Below, in pieces: positions 28,326-38,778 of a stretch of DNA of 64,000 nucleotides (positions are counted from its first letter, which is position 1; each line of letters opens with the position of its first letter). A program made the translations under genes and the position numbers. The notes beneath the pieces were generated by a model. It searched no databases, was not told where the DNA came from, and saw only the letters and a program-made list of their open reading frames with translations. The stretch is taken from positions 62,001 through 126,000 of IMG/VR virus record IMGVR_UViG_3300028883_000032; one strand, written 5' to 3'.

Positions 28326-28652
28326 TTACTCAGCCTGTTCAGCAGCTTGTAGTAATTCTACAAAACGATCAAAATGGCCCTGGGCTACGATTTTACCGTA
28401 ATCATAGGCTTCTGCTATTTTTTCCTCATTTTCCTCGGCTTCAATTGCCTTGTTAATGAGTACTTCTGCTACCTTGACAACATCTTCTTCGGTATATTCT
28501 TCGATACCATCGTTACGAATCAATGCTTCCGCTTGTTTTGCAAACTCGGAAATGACTTCAAGACGTGCTTGGTCAAGTTCTGCTGTTTTTGTTTCTTCTT
28601 CTACTTCAGCAGGTTTAGCTTGCTTTGCCATAAATTGTTCAAATAGACCCAT
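28326..28652 (-). CDS. Putative scaffold protein, K-x-A rich
   Basis: Acidic helical; KQA, KPA, KTA, KQA, KVA, KIA. Confidence 0.55.
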   Translation of the reverse strand: MGLFEQFMAKQAKPAEVEEETKTAELDQARLEVISEFAKQAEALIRNDGIEEYTEEDVVKVAEVLINKAIEAEENEEKIAEAYDYGKIVAQGHFDRFVELLQAAEQAE

Positions 28653-29251
28653 TATTCATCATCTCCTTGAGTTTCGGCAGGGAAATACTTGTCATAAAGA
28701 TCTGCGACAATTTTCTGTGCTCCGGTTTTCATACCAGATTCTGCCTGTAATTTAGCTTCTGCCGGTACCGGTGTAGTTGGTTGGCGGCCCGTTGCACCAC
28801 CTATAATTCCAGCCGGACCCGCTACATAGCCATTAGGCCCCGCAGCACGTTCACCATTTGTGAGCTGTGCAATCAGGCCTGCGATTGTACTTGGAAGTTC
28901 TTCACGAGATAACTGTACAGGATCTCCAGTATGAGCCTGTGCATCTGGTTCTTTACCTACGACACCAACTGCTTCTTTTGCTAATTCAGCTTGCTTATCA
29001 AACACACCTTGCATGTATATTTGACCCATAGCATACTGAATCTCAGCCATCTTCATTAGATCGACTTCCTCAGTTGGGGATTCCGCAGGAGTATTTTTTA
29101 CTTCGGCTTCCTTTACCGGTTCCTCTTTTTCTGGTTCGAGTGCCGGTTTTGGGTCTTCCTTACCGGTCGATGCAGCGAGCTTTTCAGCTAACTTATCGAC
29201 TGATGTTGATTCGCCTTCTAAATCCTGCAAGAATTCGCGCAATTTGAGCAT
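28652..29251 (-). CDS. Putative scaffold protein, K-x-A rich
   Basis: Acidic, low complexity; KLA x2, KEA x2, KMA, KQA. Confidence 0.55.
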   Translation of the reverse strand: MLKLREFLQDLEGESTSVDKLAEKLAASTGKEDPKPALEPEKEEPVKEAEVKNTPAESPTEEVDLMKMAEIQYAMGQIYMQGVFDKQAELAKEAVGVVGKEPDAQAHTGDPVQLSREELPSTIAGLIAQLTNGERAAGPNGYVAGPAGIIGGATGRQPTTPVPAEAKLQAESGMKTGAQKIVADLYDKYFPAETQGDDE

Positions 29252-29348
29252 GCTCTTGCCTCCTAATAAGTTTTCTAATTATCGGTTTTCACCTACTAAA
29301 TAAGTATAATACTATTTTTGTATTTGTCAAGTCTTTTTTTAAACTTTT

Positions 29349-30152
29349 TTACTTACCAAGAATTCTTTCTAAAGCACTAACCATCTGTGCCCTACGAGAC
29401 AGTTCCTGCGGAGAAGTAGATACGTCCACTATACTAGCGGGTATGTTTTTTTCCATACTTCCTATTTTTTTAAGCATGTATGCCGTTTTATCAGCAGGAA
29501 TACGAACAAAACTAATGTCAAAGAATTTTGGTTTGGTATTAATTGCTCTGGCTCTTCTACCGTCAGGGAGTATTGAATTAATACTGCTTCGTTTAAGATG
29601 TTTACAGTAGTCTTTTGTAGTTTTGGCTTTATTGTTACAAATAGAACAAATATCGTAAGGTACTTTGCACCCCATACTAAATGGGGGATATTCGTTATTT
29701 AATATTTTAACTAAAAGATCTTCTGGTAGTTTTTTCCCATCTATATCCAATACCAACTCCACACGATGCATGTGTGGGTTATAGTATGAAAATATTGGTT
29801 TTCCATAATATGGGTCGTCTGGTTTATTTTTATGGTGCCTAAATACCTTGGCACTTGTTTCAAATGTTTTATGATACGCTTGTAAAGCTGATTCTGGAAA
29901 CCCATCCCCATTGCGATTAGAACCATAATATTCATCAGCGCCTAGGGCGTTAACAATAATATAAATATGGTCTTCGGCCTCTTTAAGTTGCGATAAAAAC
30001 TCCTCTAAAGGAGTCATAACCCCAGCAGTTTTCACAAACTGGCTCGGATGAAATCTTCTAATATTTACTCCGCCGTTCTCATCATGAAAAGGAATAGAGA
30101 AATATTTTTCCATGCCATCTGGAGTGTCTACTATATGTGTGAATTCGCCCAT
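29349..30152 (-). CDS. Prohead maturation protease (HK97/assemblin-like) with Zn-finger
   Basis: NRNGDGF, KVFRHH (His), FSMGC (Ser), CSIC..CKH; upstream of scaffolds and MCP. Confidence 0.75.
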   Translation of the reverse strand: MGEFTHIVDTPDGMEKYFSIPFHDENGGVNIRRFHPSQFVKTAGVMTPLEEFLSQLKEAEDHIYIIVNALGADEYYGSNRNGDGFPESALQAYHKTFETSAKVFRHHKNKPDDPYYGKPIFSYYNPHMHRVELVLDIDGKKLPEDLLVKILNNEYPPFSMGCKVPYDICSICNNKAKTTKDYCKHLKRSSINSILPDGRRARAINTKPKFFDISFVRIPADKTAYMLKKIGSMEKNIPASIVDVSTSPQELSRRAQMVSALERILGK

Positions 30153-30153
30153 T

Positions 30154-30780
30154 TTACATTTTAGGAAAGAAGGGTTCCATATTCGGTGCTTGCATGTCTA
30201 AAGTTGTAGGATCATAAAATCTAGCACCTGAAATAAGACTTGCTCCTGCAATCCCAGGACGTTTACGGGGTTTCGCACCCTCGATTTTATCTTGAGTGTT
30301 TGCTAGAGCTTCATAAGTTACAATCGGTGGTCCACCGGCGTCGTGTAGTTGTAGATTATGTTTCACAGTGCTTGCTGCCGATAAATCGTTTTTAGCCACA
30401 TCGGGAGAAAAATGCCGTACCATATTATAATACATCTTAACCAAGTCGCGATCATATTCTCCAAGCGACGGCTGAATGGCCACCATTCTATCTATTTTAC
30501 GGTCAAGCATTGCTTTATCGGCTGCAGATGCTAACGCACTTGATGTTGCATCAAACGCCTTGTCCATTCTATTAGCGGCTACCCCTGCCAATCCAAGGGC
30601 AATTGCCCCAGGAACAACGGTTCTACTCAACCCCTTTAGGGACGACTCAACAGTTGGAGAAGGTCTGCCTTTAACTTTTTTTAGAGTTTCTAACAGTTTT
30701 CCGATACCTTCAGCTGCCTGTCCAATATTTTGTCCAAAACTCATAGGACCCGCTAATTTTGTAATGTTATATTTCCTCAT
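30154..30780 (-). CDS. Putative head-associated protein
   Basis: TKLAG N-terminus, GAIALGLAGVAA helix. Confidence 0.5.
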   Translation of the reverse strand: MRKYNITKLAGPMSFGQNIGQAAEGIGKLLETLKKVKGRPSPTVESSLKGLSRTVVPGAIALGLAGVAANRMDKAFDATSSALASAADKAMLDRKIDRMVAIQPSLGEYDRDLVKMYYNMVRHFSPDVAKNDLSAASTVKHNLQLHDAGGPPIVTYEALANTQDKIEGAKPRKRPGIAGASLISGARFYDPTTLDMQAPNMEPFFPKM

Positions 30781-30782
30781 TT

Positions 30783-31775
30783 TTACCCCATAGGATTATA
30801 TTTTTTTGGTAATCCATTCAACGGACTCATTTTTGCAGCTTGGATGGCTTTTCCCTCTTCATACCCTCTTTCTCCAGCAGACTTAGATGCAAGAGCAACT
30901 ACACCCATTCCAGCAAGTGCAGAAAGTAATGCAGCTGTTGCCTTACTTTTAAACTCGGCAGTTTTTTCAGAAGGATATTTTTCATCAAGCTCTGAAAAAT
31001 CAGGGCCTTTAATGTAGGCCTCTCTATACTCATGGGCTGTTTTAACAGCGTCATCTAATGCTTGGACAAGTCCCGATTCTCCATTAATTGGGGGCAGTTT
31101 ATCCCAAGATGATCCAACAGGAATACGTAACTCGCTAGCTCTCTTAACCATTTCGGTTGCAATGCCATCAGCTATGCTTACCAGTGACTCATCTTCATAA
31201 GTGGATTCCGCAAACTTTACCAAAATTTGAGCAAGTACCGCCGGTTCAGGTTGTGCCGGATTTAAAGCTGCTGTTTTAAAAGCTTGAAACAGCGAATCTT
31301 GCTTATGCTGGAAGTCTCTATCAATTTCCGCCATTTTAACTTCAAAAGCATCTCCTATCCCCTTTGTTGCATAGATAATGTCACGCTTTTCTTTCTCTGA
31401 CATTTCAGGGAAATCAAATCCAACATCCTCTAAAACAGCTTTTTTGGGAAATAGCTCACTTGGTCTCATCATGTAGTCGTCTACACCAAGCAGGGTTTCG
31501 GACGCCTCTTTAGTATGGTTAACCATTCCCTCTACAATTTTCTTCGCATCGGCCACATCAAATTCGATATATTTGTCATCTGTTGATGCGTGTTTCTGAA
31601 GGAATACACGAGAATTGGCCTCTTCGACTACGCGACTAATTTGGTTATAATTGAGATTTTTTAATGAGGCGATTTTGGAGATAGTGCCATTCATTGGAAT
31701 ATCTCTCGCAAGGAAAGCATCTGCTGCCTCCATTCCCCAACTTTTGTAATCGAATTCTGAATACTTATTAAGCAT
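30783..31775 (-). CDS. Putative inner-head/core protein, K-x-A rich
   Basis: KIA, KHA, KEA, KMA, KTA x3, KFA, KRA; C-terminal hydrophobic helix. Confidence 0.5.
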   Translation of the reverse strand: MLNKYSEFDYKSWGMEAADAFLARDIPMNGTISKIASLKNLNYNQISRVVEEANSRVFLQKHASTDDKYIEFDVADAKKIVEGMVNHTKEASETLLGVDDYMMRPSELFPKKAVLEDVGFDFPEMSEKEKRDIIYATKGIGDAFEVKMAEIDRDFQHKQDSLFQAFKTAALNPAQPEPAVLAQILVKFAESTYEDESLVSIADGIATEMVKRASELRIPVGSSWDKLPPINGESGLVQALDDAVKTAHEYREAYIKGPDFSELDEKYPSEKTAEFKSKATAALLSALAGMGVVALASKSAGERGYEEGKAIQAAKMSPLNGLPKKYNPMG

Positions 31776-31789
31776 CCCAAACTCCTCTA

Positions 31790-33403
31790 TTATGAAATAT
31801 AACTTACTGGGGTTTCACACATTTCGCAAATAGCTGTAGCAAAAATAAGTGAATGTACTGTGTCATCTGGATCAGAATTAGTATATTGTAGTTTATTATG
31901 ATCTTCATCATAGTCTGCTACAATAGCCATTAAATCATCAGCAAATGGTGTTTTAAACTGATCGTAGTGTGGAAAAACATATTGTTTAGTTTTTACTCTA
32001 TGATAAAAATTAGAAATCGCCTTGTTACGATTTACCATCCAATGCATGGCCTTACCTTGCCACTTATAATCCTCTTTTAAAGTGGCAGAATGTAGATATT
32101 CTGTTACTGCGTAACGGCCAAGACGCCTGCGTAATTCTGCGTTGGAGGCTTCCCCCATGCCACGATCTGCCCCTATTCGTTCAACTTCCCACGCTTTGGC
32201 TATTTTTGGTATTTCGTCATGAATGTATTCAAAATTGGCGTATTTGCCTTCAAACCTACGTATATATTTAACAACAAACCTGTCGTATTCATCTCGTTGT
32301 ATGACACTAACCACGGTATAGCTGTTATCGCTGTTGGCGGGACCCCAGTCGATTCCCATGTAACTTGGTCTGGGTTTGTGTTTTAAAGTTATGGCTCCAG
32401 GTTGTCGGTAGTCTGGCATAATATACCCAGGATCACAAGCTGCCTTAATTTGTTCAGGGGTGATAAGAACAACACCATCATCGTACTCAAGACCAAGTAT
32501 TTCGTTATAAAAGGTTGCTCTTGACTCTGTTTCGTATTTATAAACAATGTCTTGCTCCCAATCAATCCATGGTGCCCCATAGAATTGCAGCTGAGATATC
32601 CTAAACCCTTCAACAAGATTTGCTCGAGATCGAGCAGACTGATTAGTGCTTATCCATGACCCAATTCGTGGATTAAGAATCTTCCCACAATACTTACATA
32701 TTAACGCGTGAAGTCCTATATTCTTTTCTGTTAGAATATTATGTTTTCCACAGTGTCCACACTCCACAGCCCACTCATTCATGGTGGAAGAAAACCACCA
32801 TTTCGCCAAGGTACCACGTTTTCTTTTAGGCGTGCCTGTATAATAATTCCATTTATACAAAGAACGGTGCATAGCTTGATTAATAATTTCTATGCTGTCT
32901 TGCAGAAGATCCTGAGCCTCATCGTAACAAATCATATCAGCAGAAAGGCCACGAAGTCTGTCAGGACTTTGTAACGCATAGCGCAAGTATATTTTTGCGC
33001 CATTTACAAGAGTTTTGTTAAATACGTTATTTTGTAAATTTCTATTCCACCAATACTTCTTTATAAGGGGAGACTCTTCAAGTATAGGCGTAAAGCGATC
33101 GTACGAAAATATTTTTGTTTGGTCGACTGACGGAGAAACATACACTGTACGAAATCCCATCGGTCTGGCATCTTTGCCGCCTCGTTCCCTTGGCAACAAG
33201 GCGCTATTAGCAAATATAATATTTGCTAGAGTTGTGCTTTTTACAACCTGTCGTGCTGTTTTTAATACTATGACATTCGCTGGGTCTATATTATATATAG
33301 GCCGCATATGTGGATAGGCATCCAAACTATACGGCATTCCATTCAAATAAACATACGATTCAACAAATTCACTTTTTGTAAAATTAAGCGGTGCGTTCTT
33401 CAT
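31790..33403 (-). CDS. Terminase large subunit (GpA-like ATPase plus RNase H-like nuclease)
   Basis: KTARQVVKST (Walker A variant), RGLSADMICYDEAQD (Walker B), YMGIDWG, IGADRGMG, PDDTVHSL. Confidence 0.9.
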   Translation of the reverse strand: MKNAPLNFTKSEFVESYVYLNGMPYSLDAYPHMRPIYNIDPANVIVLKTARQVVKSTTLANIIFANSALLPRERGGKDARPMGFRTVYVSPSVDQTKIFSYDRFTPILEESPLIKKYWWNRNLQNNVFNKTLVNGAKIYLRYALQSPDRLRGLSADMICYDEAQDLLQDSIEIINQAMHRSLYKWNYYTGTPKRKRGTLAKWWFSSTMNEWAVECGHCGKHNILTEKNIGLHALICKYCGKILNPRIGSWISTNQSARSRANLVEGFRISQLQFYGAPWIDWEQDIVYKYETESRATFYNEILGLEYDDGVVLITPEQIKAACDPGYIMPDYRQPGAITLKHKPRPSYMGIDWGPANSDNSYTVVSVIQRDEYDRFVVKYIRRFEGKYANFEYIHDEIPKIAKAWEVERIGADRGMGEASNAELRRRLGRYAVTEYLHSATLKEDYKWQGKAMHWMVNRNKAISNFYHRVKTKQYVFPHYDQFKTPFADDLMAIVADYDEDHNKLQYTNSDPDDTVHSLIFATAICEMCETPVSYIS

Positions 33404-34361
33404 CGCTCTTATCTTTTTTCTTAGCCTTAATAACAGCCTCTATTTCATCTAAGCCCATTCCAGAAACATCCTCCATAGTCCCACCACCCATTTCATTTGG
33501 GTCCGGGAGTTCAACTCCCAGCTCTTCCGCGCTTTTTATTGTTATCGAAGGATTAATGGTCTTAAGATTTATTTTTAGATCCGCATAAAGGTCTGTAGAA
33601 TCAGAATCGCTGTTTTCCATATCACGAATACGGTCATATGCTTTTAGCATAAGATCGCCCCACTTCTTCGATTGGTCAGGGTTGTATCTAGAATTTTCAT
33701 CAAAGTTGTAGAAAGACGTACGAAACAGTGATTCCAGCATAGACCCAAATGATCTGTCTGGAGTAAGGCCTAAATTATAGACAACAAAATCCTTGTCTTT
33801 TTTTAAGGCCATGGTATAAAGACGTTTCAAATCTTTGTTTTCTTCATGCTGTCTATAAATTTCTAACTCTTCATAACTCCAACTGAACACATTAAAAAAG
33901 TATTTAAAAAACAACATGAATATTTCGGTATCCCAAGCAGTGCCTTGTCGTCCATTTGCATAAAGCTCTATGTCGGCTTCATCAATACCAGCCATTGCCA
34001 TGGTTTGTAATTCTCTGCGAAGCCTTGGGTCATTCAGAGCTTTAAATACATCTCTATACACGTCTATCGGAAAATCATCTACCGTGAATAAGTTAGTATC
34101 AAATAGATATGCAAACATGTCCTTTACTTGTAATTCGTTAAGGATGTCAACATCTATTCTAAAATTATTTGGATCTTGGTTAAAATGCTCTGGATACAAA
34201 CGTGACAGTTGGCCACGTATTTGAGAGTAGGCATCACCTTGTATCAACGGTAAGGAGTATTCTTTTAGTCTGTCATTAACAGTCTTTTGTGACAGAAGAC
34301 GAAGAACAAGGACCTCACAAAACCGCCTATGCGGGATTAGGTAAATTGGGTTTACTGCCAT
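33384..34361 (-). CDS. hypothetical protein, possible terminase small subunit
   Basis: Overlaps TerL start; helical with acidic tail; positional inference only. Confidence 0.35.
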   Translation of the reverse strand: MAVNPIYLIPHRRFCEVLVLRLLSQKTVNDRLKEYSLPLIQGDAYSQIRGQLSRLYPEHFNQDPNNFRIDVDILNELQVKDMFAYLFDTNLFTVDDFPIDVYRDVFKALNDPRLRRELQTMAMAGIDEADIELYANGRQGTAWDTEIFMLFFKYFFNVFSWSYEELEIYRQHEENKDLKRLYTMALKKDKDFVVYNLGLTPDRSFGSMLESLFRTSFYNFDENSRYNPDQSKKWGDLMLKAYDRIRDMENSDSDSTDLYADLKINLKTINPSITIKSAEELGVELPDPNEMGGGTMEDVSGMGLDEIEAVIKAKKKDKSDEERTA

Positions 34362-34710
34362 CCTTTTTTTCCTTGCGTGTCAGATACATGGCCACCGGTG
34401 CCGAAGTGGCGCCGATGCCAATTAAAGCTAAATTGTTTATGTTTTTCATACTACGTAGTATTGGTTTCCAGTCTTCGGGATGAAGGCGTTTAAATTCGTC
34501 CAGTATGTCTTTTGGGATTAATTTGTGTCCCGCCAAGGACGTCGCTAACCCAACTGTACCTCCAGCCGCAGACACCGCCGAAGTATTCGGCGATTCCGAA
34601 TGCCCAGCAACCCAGCCAACTAGCGGCGCTCCCATTAACCCGTATGGGGCATATCTTGTGGACGCCTTTGCTAGTCTTGCAAATGATTTAAACTGTTCTG
34701 GGCTGCGCAT
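34327..34710 (-). CDS. Glycine-zipper putative virion protein
   Basis: GLMGAPLVGWVAG, AAGGTVGLAT, LALIGIGAT. Confidence 0.55.
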   Translation of the reverse strand: MRSPEQFKSFARLAKASTRYAPYGLMGAPLVGWVAGHSESPNTSAVSAAGGTVGLATSLAGHKLIPKDILDEFKRLHPEDWKPILRSMKNINNLALIGIGATSAPVAMYLTRKEKKDGSKPNLPNPA

Positions 34711-34713
34711 AGT

Positions 34714-35013
34714 TTAGTATCTTGGTGCATTTGGAATCATGTACGGTATCTTAGTGCTGGCTTTTTGTTTGTTTGGTAATAAAAAACTCAAAGCACCACC
34801 AACGGCCGCACCCGTCATTGTATCTTGCTGTAACAAATGAGCAGAGATGGCGCCCAGCATCGCGAATACCCCAGCACGCAACATTTTCTTAAACAAAGAG
34901 GGGTCCTTCGCTTTAAGTTCCTGAAGAAGCTGTCTCTGCTGTCCTTGAAGTTCCAGGTACTGGAGTGATTCCTGGTCTGTTATTGGCTGAACACTCAGTG
35001 GGTTTTGATTCAT
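34714..35013 (-). CDS. Glycine-zipper putative virion protein
   Basis: AGVFAMLGAISA, GAAVGGALSFLL. Confidence 0.55.
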   Translation of the reverse strand: MNQNPLSVQPITDQESLQYLELQGQQRQLLQELKAKDPSLFKKMLRAGVFAMLGAISAHLLQQDTMTGAAVGGALSFLLPNKQKASTKIPYMIPNAPRY

Positions 35014-35054
35014 TATATTTCCTACAACAATTACAAACGTTATATACTACTACT

Positions 35055-35846
35055 TTATTTTCCGGCTGTCCAAGAATTGTCTTCGGGGGTGTAAATGGCT
35101 CGAACGGACTCAGACAGTGTTCTATTCCGCATACTGGACAAACTATTTTCATATTTCTCCAACAGTAGTGACACCTCTTTTCTACGCTGGTTATCGGCGT
35201 GTGTCAGTTGAACCACCTTTACATAAGGTTCAGTATCTAAAAGGTTTGACCAATATTTCAAACCGTTTGTTACAGCTAACTGTGTTGGTAAATCACTTTG
35301 AGAACAATCCCCGGTTAAAGCAATTTGAGTATCATGCCCAAGACGAGTTAAAACCATTTTTACTTGAGGTATTGTAGCATTTTGTGCCTCGTCTAGGATA
35401 ACGTACGCATTTGTAAGCGAACGTCCCCTCATATATGCTATCGGGGATACTTCTAATTTAAAGCTGTCTCGTAATTCTCTTATTTTATCGTGTGTTAGAA
35501 GTATTTTTAGAGAATCATAAATTGGTCTCAAATACGGATCTATTTTATCTTCTAACGAACCGGGAAGAAATCCAAGACTTTCTCCTGCCTCGACAATTGG
35601 CCGAGTAATAACTATTCTATCGACGGAACCGTCGTATAAAGATTTTATTGCCGCATATGTGGCTAAGAGCGTTTTGCCCGTTCCAGCGGGACCGGTGCCA
35701 AACACTATTGGGAAATCAGGATTTAAAAGATCGTTTAAGTACTTATTTTGATTTTTTGTTTTGGGTTTAATTTGTTTCAAACAACTGCTTGCTACTATTG
35801 AGGAATTAGTACGCTCTCTGCGACGGCTAGGTATTTTCTGAGCCAT
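35055..35846 (-). CDS. phoH: PhoH-family ATPase
   Basis: GTGPAGTGKT, TRPIVEAGESLGFLPG, AYMRGRSL, ILDEAQN, TGDCSQSDL. Confidence 0.95.
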   Translation of the reverse strand: MAQKIPSRRRERTNSSIVASSCLKQIKPKTKNQNKYLNDLLNPDFPIVFGTGPAGTGKTLLATYAAIKSLYDGSVDRIVITRPIVEAGESLGFLPGSLEDKIDPYLRPIYDSLKILLTHDKIRELRDSFKLEVSPIAYMRGRSLTNAYVILDEAQNATIPQVKMVLTRLGHDTQIALTGDCSQSDLPTQLAVTNGLKYWSNLLDTEPYVKVVQLTHADNQRRKEVSLLLEKYENSLSSMRNRTLSESVRAIYTPEDNSWTAGK

Positions 35847-35854
35847 ATAGTGCT

Positions 35855-36475
35855 TTATGAAGTTCTCCTGGATTTGGAGTCAAATAATAAACTACCACCT
35901 AAACCAACTGCACTCGTTCCGAATATTGACGACGACAATGGGTTTTGCTCTATATATTTACCAACACGCTGTTTTATCCCACCGGGAGCTGCTCCTCTTT
36001 GTAAGTGTCTTCCCGCATTTTGGACTTTGCCAAGAATGCCTGGATGGCTTGTGGTTTTAACTGCTTTTCTCGCCGTTACTAAACCTTTAGCGATAACGCC
36101 GGCCGTTGCCAAACCAGAGGCCGCACCAACTACATTATTTATAGCAGAAGCGCCTCGATTGAGTTTTGATCCTAGGTTCTTAATGGCGTCTTTTGTACCC
36201 ATATCTACAAAATCAGGTCTGGGAGGAGGGGTGTGTTGGCCATAGCTACCATGCCATTTAACTCTTGCACCATAATCACTAATAGTTGAAAATGGGTTGT
36301 TTGCTTTTGCATGTATTGCTACATTTTTTGGCGCAGACTTGGCAGCTGTCCAAGCTCCTACCGCTTTATTTTTACCGCCTGTAACAATGTCTTTGCCAAT
36401 TTGAGTAAGGCCTACACCAAAATCACTGGTTATGGCTTTTCTCAAAGATTTTATAAATGCAGTCTTTTGCTCCAT
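35855..36475 (-). CDS. Basic Gly/Ala-rich putative virion protein
   Basis: QKTA N-terminus; GAASGLATAGVIA; GTSAVGLGGSLL. Confidence 0.55.
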   Translation of the reverse strand: MEQKTAFIKSLRKAITSDFGVGLTQIGKDIVTGGKNKAVGAWTAAKSAPKNVAIHAKANNPFSTISDYGARVKWHGSYGQHTPPPRPDFVDMGTKDAIKNLGSKLNRGASAINNVVGAASGLATAGVIAKGLVTARKAVKTTSHPGILGKVQNAGRHLQRGAAPGGIKQRVGKYIEQNPLSSSIFGTSAVGLGGSLLFDSKSRRTS

Positions 36476-36521
36476 TGCATCCTCTTTTATATAGAAGTTC
36501 TATTGTAATATACTTATTTTA

Positions 36522-37262
36522 CTAGGCAATGTCAAGTCTTAACTTAACTTCGTTTTTTATTACATCATTTACAGGAAAACCCCTTAGTCGATCTTCAACC
36601 CAATTTTTGAATGGGGTTTGTGCATATTGTCCTTGGGCCCTACCAGCACTATACCAATCCGCAATCGCTTCAAGGTTTGTATTTATATCCGTTGGTGAGG
36701 GGTGGTGGTGAGGATTACGTGATTTGTGCTGCGAAGTAGCTTGCCTAAAATCCGATACAACTTCAGGAGTTTTCTGCCCGAACCAATACCTACGATATGG
36801 TCCCCATTCTGAAGGAGTTAGTTTTGATAAATCATGCTTTAAAAGTTGTAGTCTAGGCACATCCAACTCCCGCCCAGCGCGGTATACATAATATTTGTGT
36901 TTAGTCAGGTACTTCGCATTGTTCCAGTTTTGTGAAAACCAATCCTTTAGGCCAGCCTCTTTTTTAATTCCCCCGGACCCCCTTGTATGGTTGGAGAAGT
37001 TGAAATTTTTGGGTTGCACGCGCAGCGTCGCGGACTTTTCTTCAAAAAATGGAGAAGTGTAAGTATGCTTCGTAATGGTTGGAGCAGTGGAATCCAAGGT
37101 ATCTAGAATACCACGAAAGAAGGGTTCGTTGGACGACGCTGTGCTAGTAGCGGGAACACTATCCGCGGAGCGGATCATGTTGCCTACATGGTCCCTCGAC
37201 TTGGTTGGGTCAAAAGAACCTTGCATAAAATACCCTACATCTTTAACGACTTTCTGAGACAC
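36522..37262 (-). CDS. DUF5662-like HD-domain protein with N-terminal leader
   Basis: TKHKYYV..LLKHDLSK..EWGPY..HKSRNPHH..ADW; domain follows KKEAG. Confidence 0.7.
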   Translation of the reverse strand: MSQKVVKDVGYFMQGSFDPTKSRDHVGNMIRSADSVPATSTASSNEPFFRGILDTLDSTAPTITKHTYTSPFFEEKSATLRVQPKNFNFSNHTRGSGGIKKEAGLKDWFSQNWNNAKYLTKHKYYVYRAGRELDVPRLQLLKHDLSKLTPSEWGPYRRYWFGQKTPEVVSDFRQATSQHKSRNPHHHPSPTDINTNLEAIADWYSAGRAQGQYAQTPFKNWVEDRLRGFPVNDVIKNEVKLRLDIA

Positions 37263-37276
37263 TGTTGTTGTTCTTT

Positions 37277-37855
37277 CTAAGATTGGAAGATTGATCTAGC
37301 GAACGATTTAGTACCAACTCTCCGAGCCATACGATACAAACCTGATTTTGGATGTTTGGACATGAATTTAGCAGCGGTAGTACCCGCGAAGCCTAGTGCC
37401 GATAAACCTAATCCCCACTTACCCCACCTTTTTGCCCCGCTTAAAATAGAATTCCACTTGTTATTCATAAAGCTCTTTGCGCCAAAGTAACCTCCGGCAG
37501 CAAGACCAGCGCCTCCTACCAGTGCTCCTCCAAGAGCCTTACCAAAACCACTTCCTGCCGTAGAACTAACATTTGGGGTAGGTGTGGGAGATCCCACAGA
37601 CGCGCCGACAGTATTATAGTTAAACTCCGCTACTTTTGGCGGATTGGGAATTTGGTATTTCCGTTTAAATGCAAGTGTTTTGGCAACATTTGGATCCTGA
37701 AAAAAGGCGGGAACATTAACGTCGCCACCTCCGGGATTTTTAGGAGATTCCTCTATTATGGGTTGTGGTTCCAACTCAACAACTTTGGATTCAACTGGAA
37801 GTATGTCTGGATCTATTTCTGATAGTTTAAAAAAAGAAGTCATTACATAGCCCAC
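37277..37855 (-). CDS. Glycine-zipper putative virion protein
   Basis: KVAE then GGALVGGAGLAAGG and WGLGLSALGFAG. Confidence 0.55.
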   Translation of the reverse strand: MGYVMTSFFKLSEIDPDILPVESKVVELEPQPIIEESPKNPGGGDVNVPAFFQDPNVAKTLAFKRKYQIPNPPKVAEFNYNTVGASVGSPTPTPNVSSTAGSGFGKALGGALVGGAGLAAGGYFGAKSFMNNKWNSILSGAKRWGKWGLGLSALGFAGTTAAKFMSKHPKSGLYRMARRVGTKSFARSIFQS

Positions 37856-38778
37856 CGTTTGTTTAGTTCCGGCATGAACATATTGTCTTTTGGCTTACCT
37901 AGCGATTTGCTGGGCACTCCCCAAAAATTTGAAAATGATTGTACCTTGGGAGTTCTTAACGGTTTCTGAAAAAACGCCTTGGATACTGTCAAGAATCCGG
38001 ATGTTTTTGATAAGCCTTGTTGGAAAGAGGTTAAACCGACCGTTGTGAGAGCAGTACCCAAAATAGCTTTACGTAAATTACCGCTGTGCATAGTATTCTT
38101 CAAACCTGCTTGTGCAGCTTGTAGGCCTTTAACGGTATTTTCATTAGTTTTACCAAGACCATACCCAAGTGCAGCCCCCGCTAAGTCCTTACCAACAGCT
38201 TTGGTTTTATAGGTCTTTAGAACCGGGGATAGTGAATTCGTTTTAGCTGATTCAATAATACTTGATTTTAAATTTTTTGGTATTAATGCATTAATAATGT
38301 TATTATGAATACTTGTTGAAGTATGTTTTACATCCCTTTTGGATCGTCTTAAAGTTTTTTCTAATTTCTTTGATAGAGATTTTAGGGCCTCGTCCTCTTT
38401 CGGGGCACTTAAAGCCCTATTAACAGTATTTACTCCTGTGGCGGCACCGACGAGACCGGCTCCAATTAATGCCGGATTTCGGTCCTCAGCAGTTTTCGTT
38501 GGATAAACTTTGACAGTACGGCTTAATGCTTTATCTATGGCTTTCCATTGAGCGGGCAAAGACTTACCTGCTCTCATCAACGTTGTTGCTGCACCAACAG
38601 CAAAAAGCGCGTTGTTTAGTTGGTGCAATTTACCTGCACGGCGCATAAGCTTTGTTGCAGACTCTGTCTGTTTTGCAAGCTGCTTATTTGTGTAAGCTTG
38701 GTTAGCAACCAGTCCCCCGCCTAAAGCGGCCATGGTGGCTAGCGCTGTAGTACTGCGATTGTTTTTACGCTCTGGCAT
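37843..38778 (-). CDS. Modular glycine-zipper putative virion protein
   Basis: Hydrophobic/basic modules separated by TKTAE and SKTSG. Confidence 0.55.
   Translation of the reverse strand: MPERKNNRSTTALATMAALGGGLVANQAYTNKQLAKQTESATKLMRRAGKLHQLNNALFAVGAATTLMRAGKSLPAQWKAIDKALSRTVKVYPTKTAEDRNPALIGAGLVGAATGVNTVNRALSAPKEDEALKSLSKKLEKTLRRSKRDVKHTSTSIHNNIINALIPKNLKSSIIESAKTNSLSPVLKTYKTKAVGKDLAGAALGYGLGKTNENTVKGLQAAQAGLKNTMHSGNLRKAILGTALTTVGLTSFQQGLSKTSGFLTVSKAFFQKPLRTPKVQSFSNFWGVPSKSLGKPKDNMFMPELNKRWAM

Noticed and set aside
27905-28755. + strand ORFs over the scaffold genes
   Set aside because: Ser-rich antisense shadows
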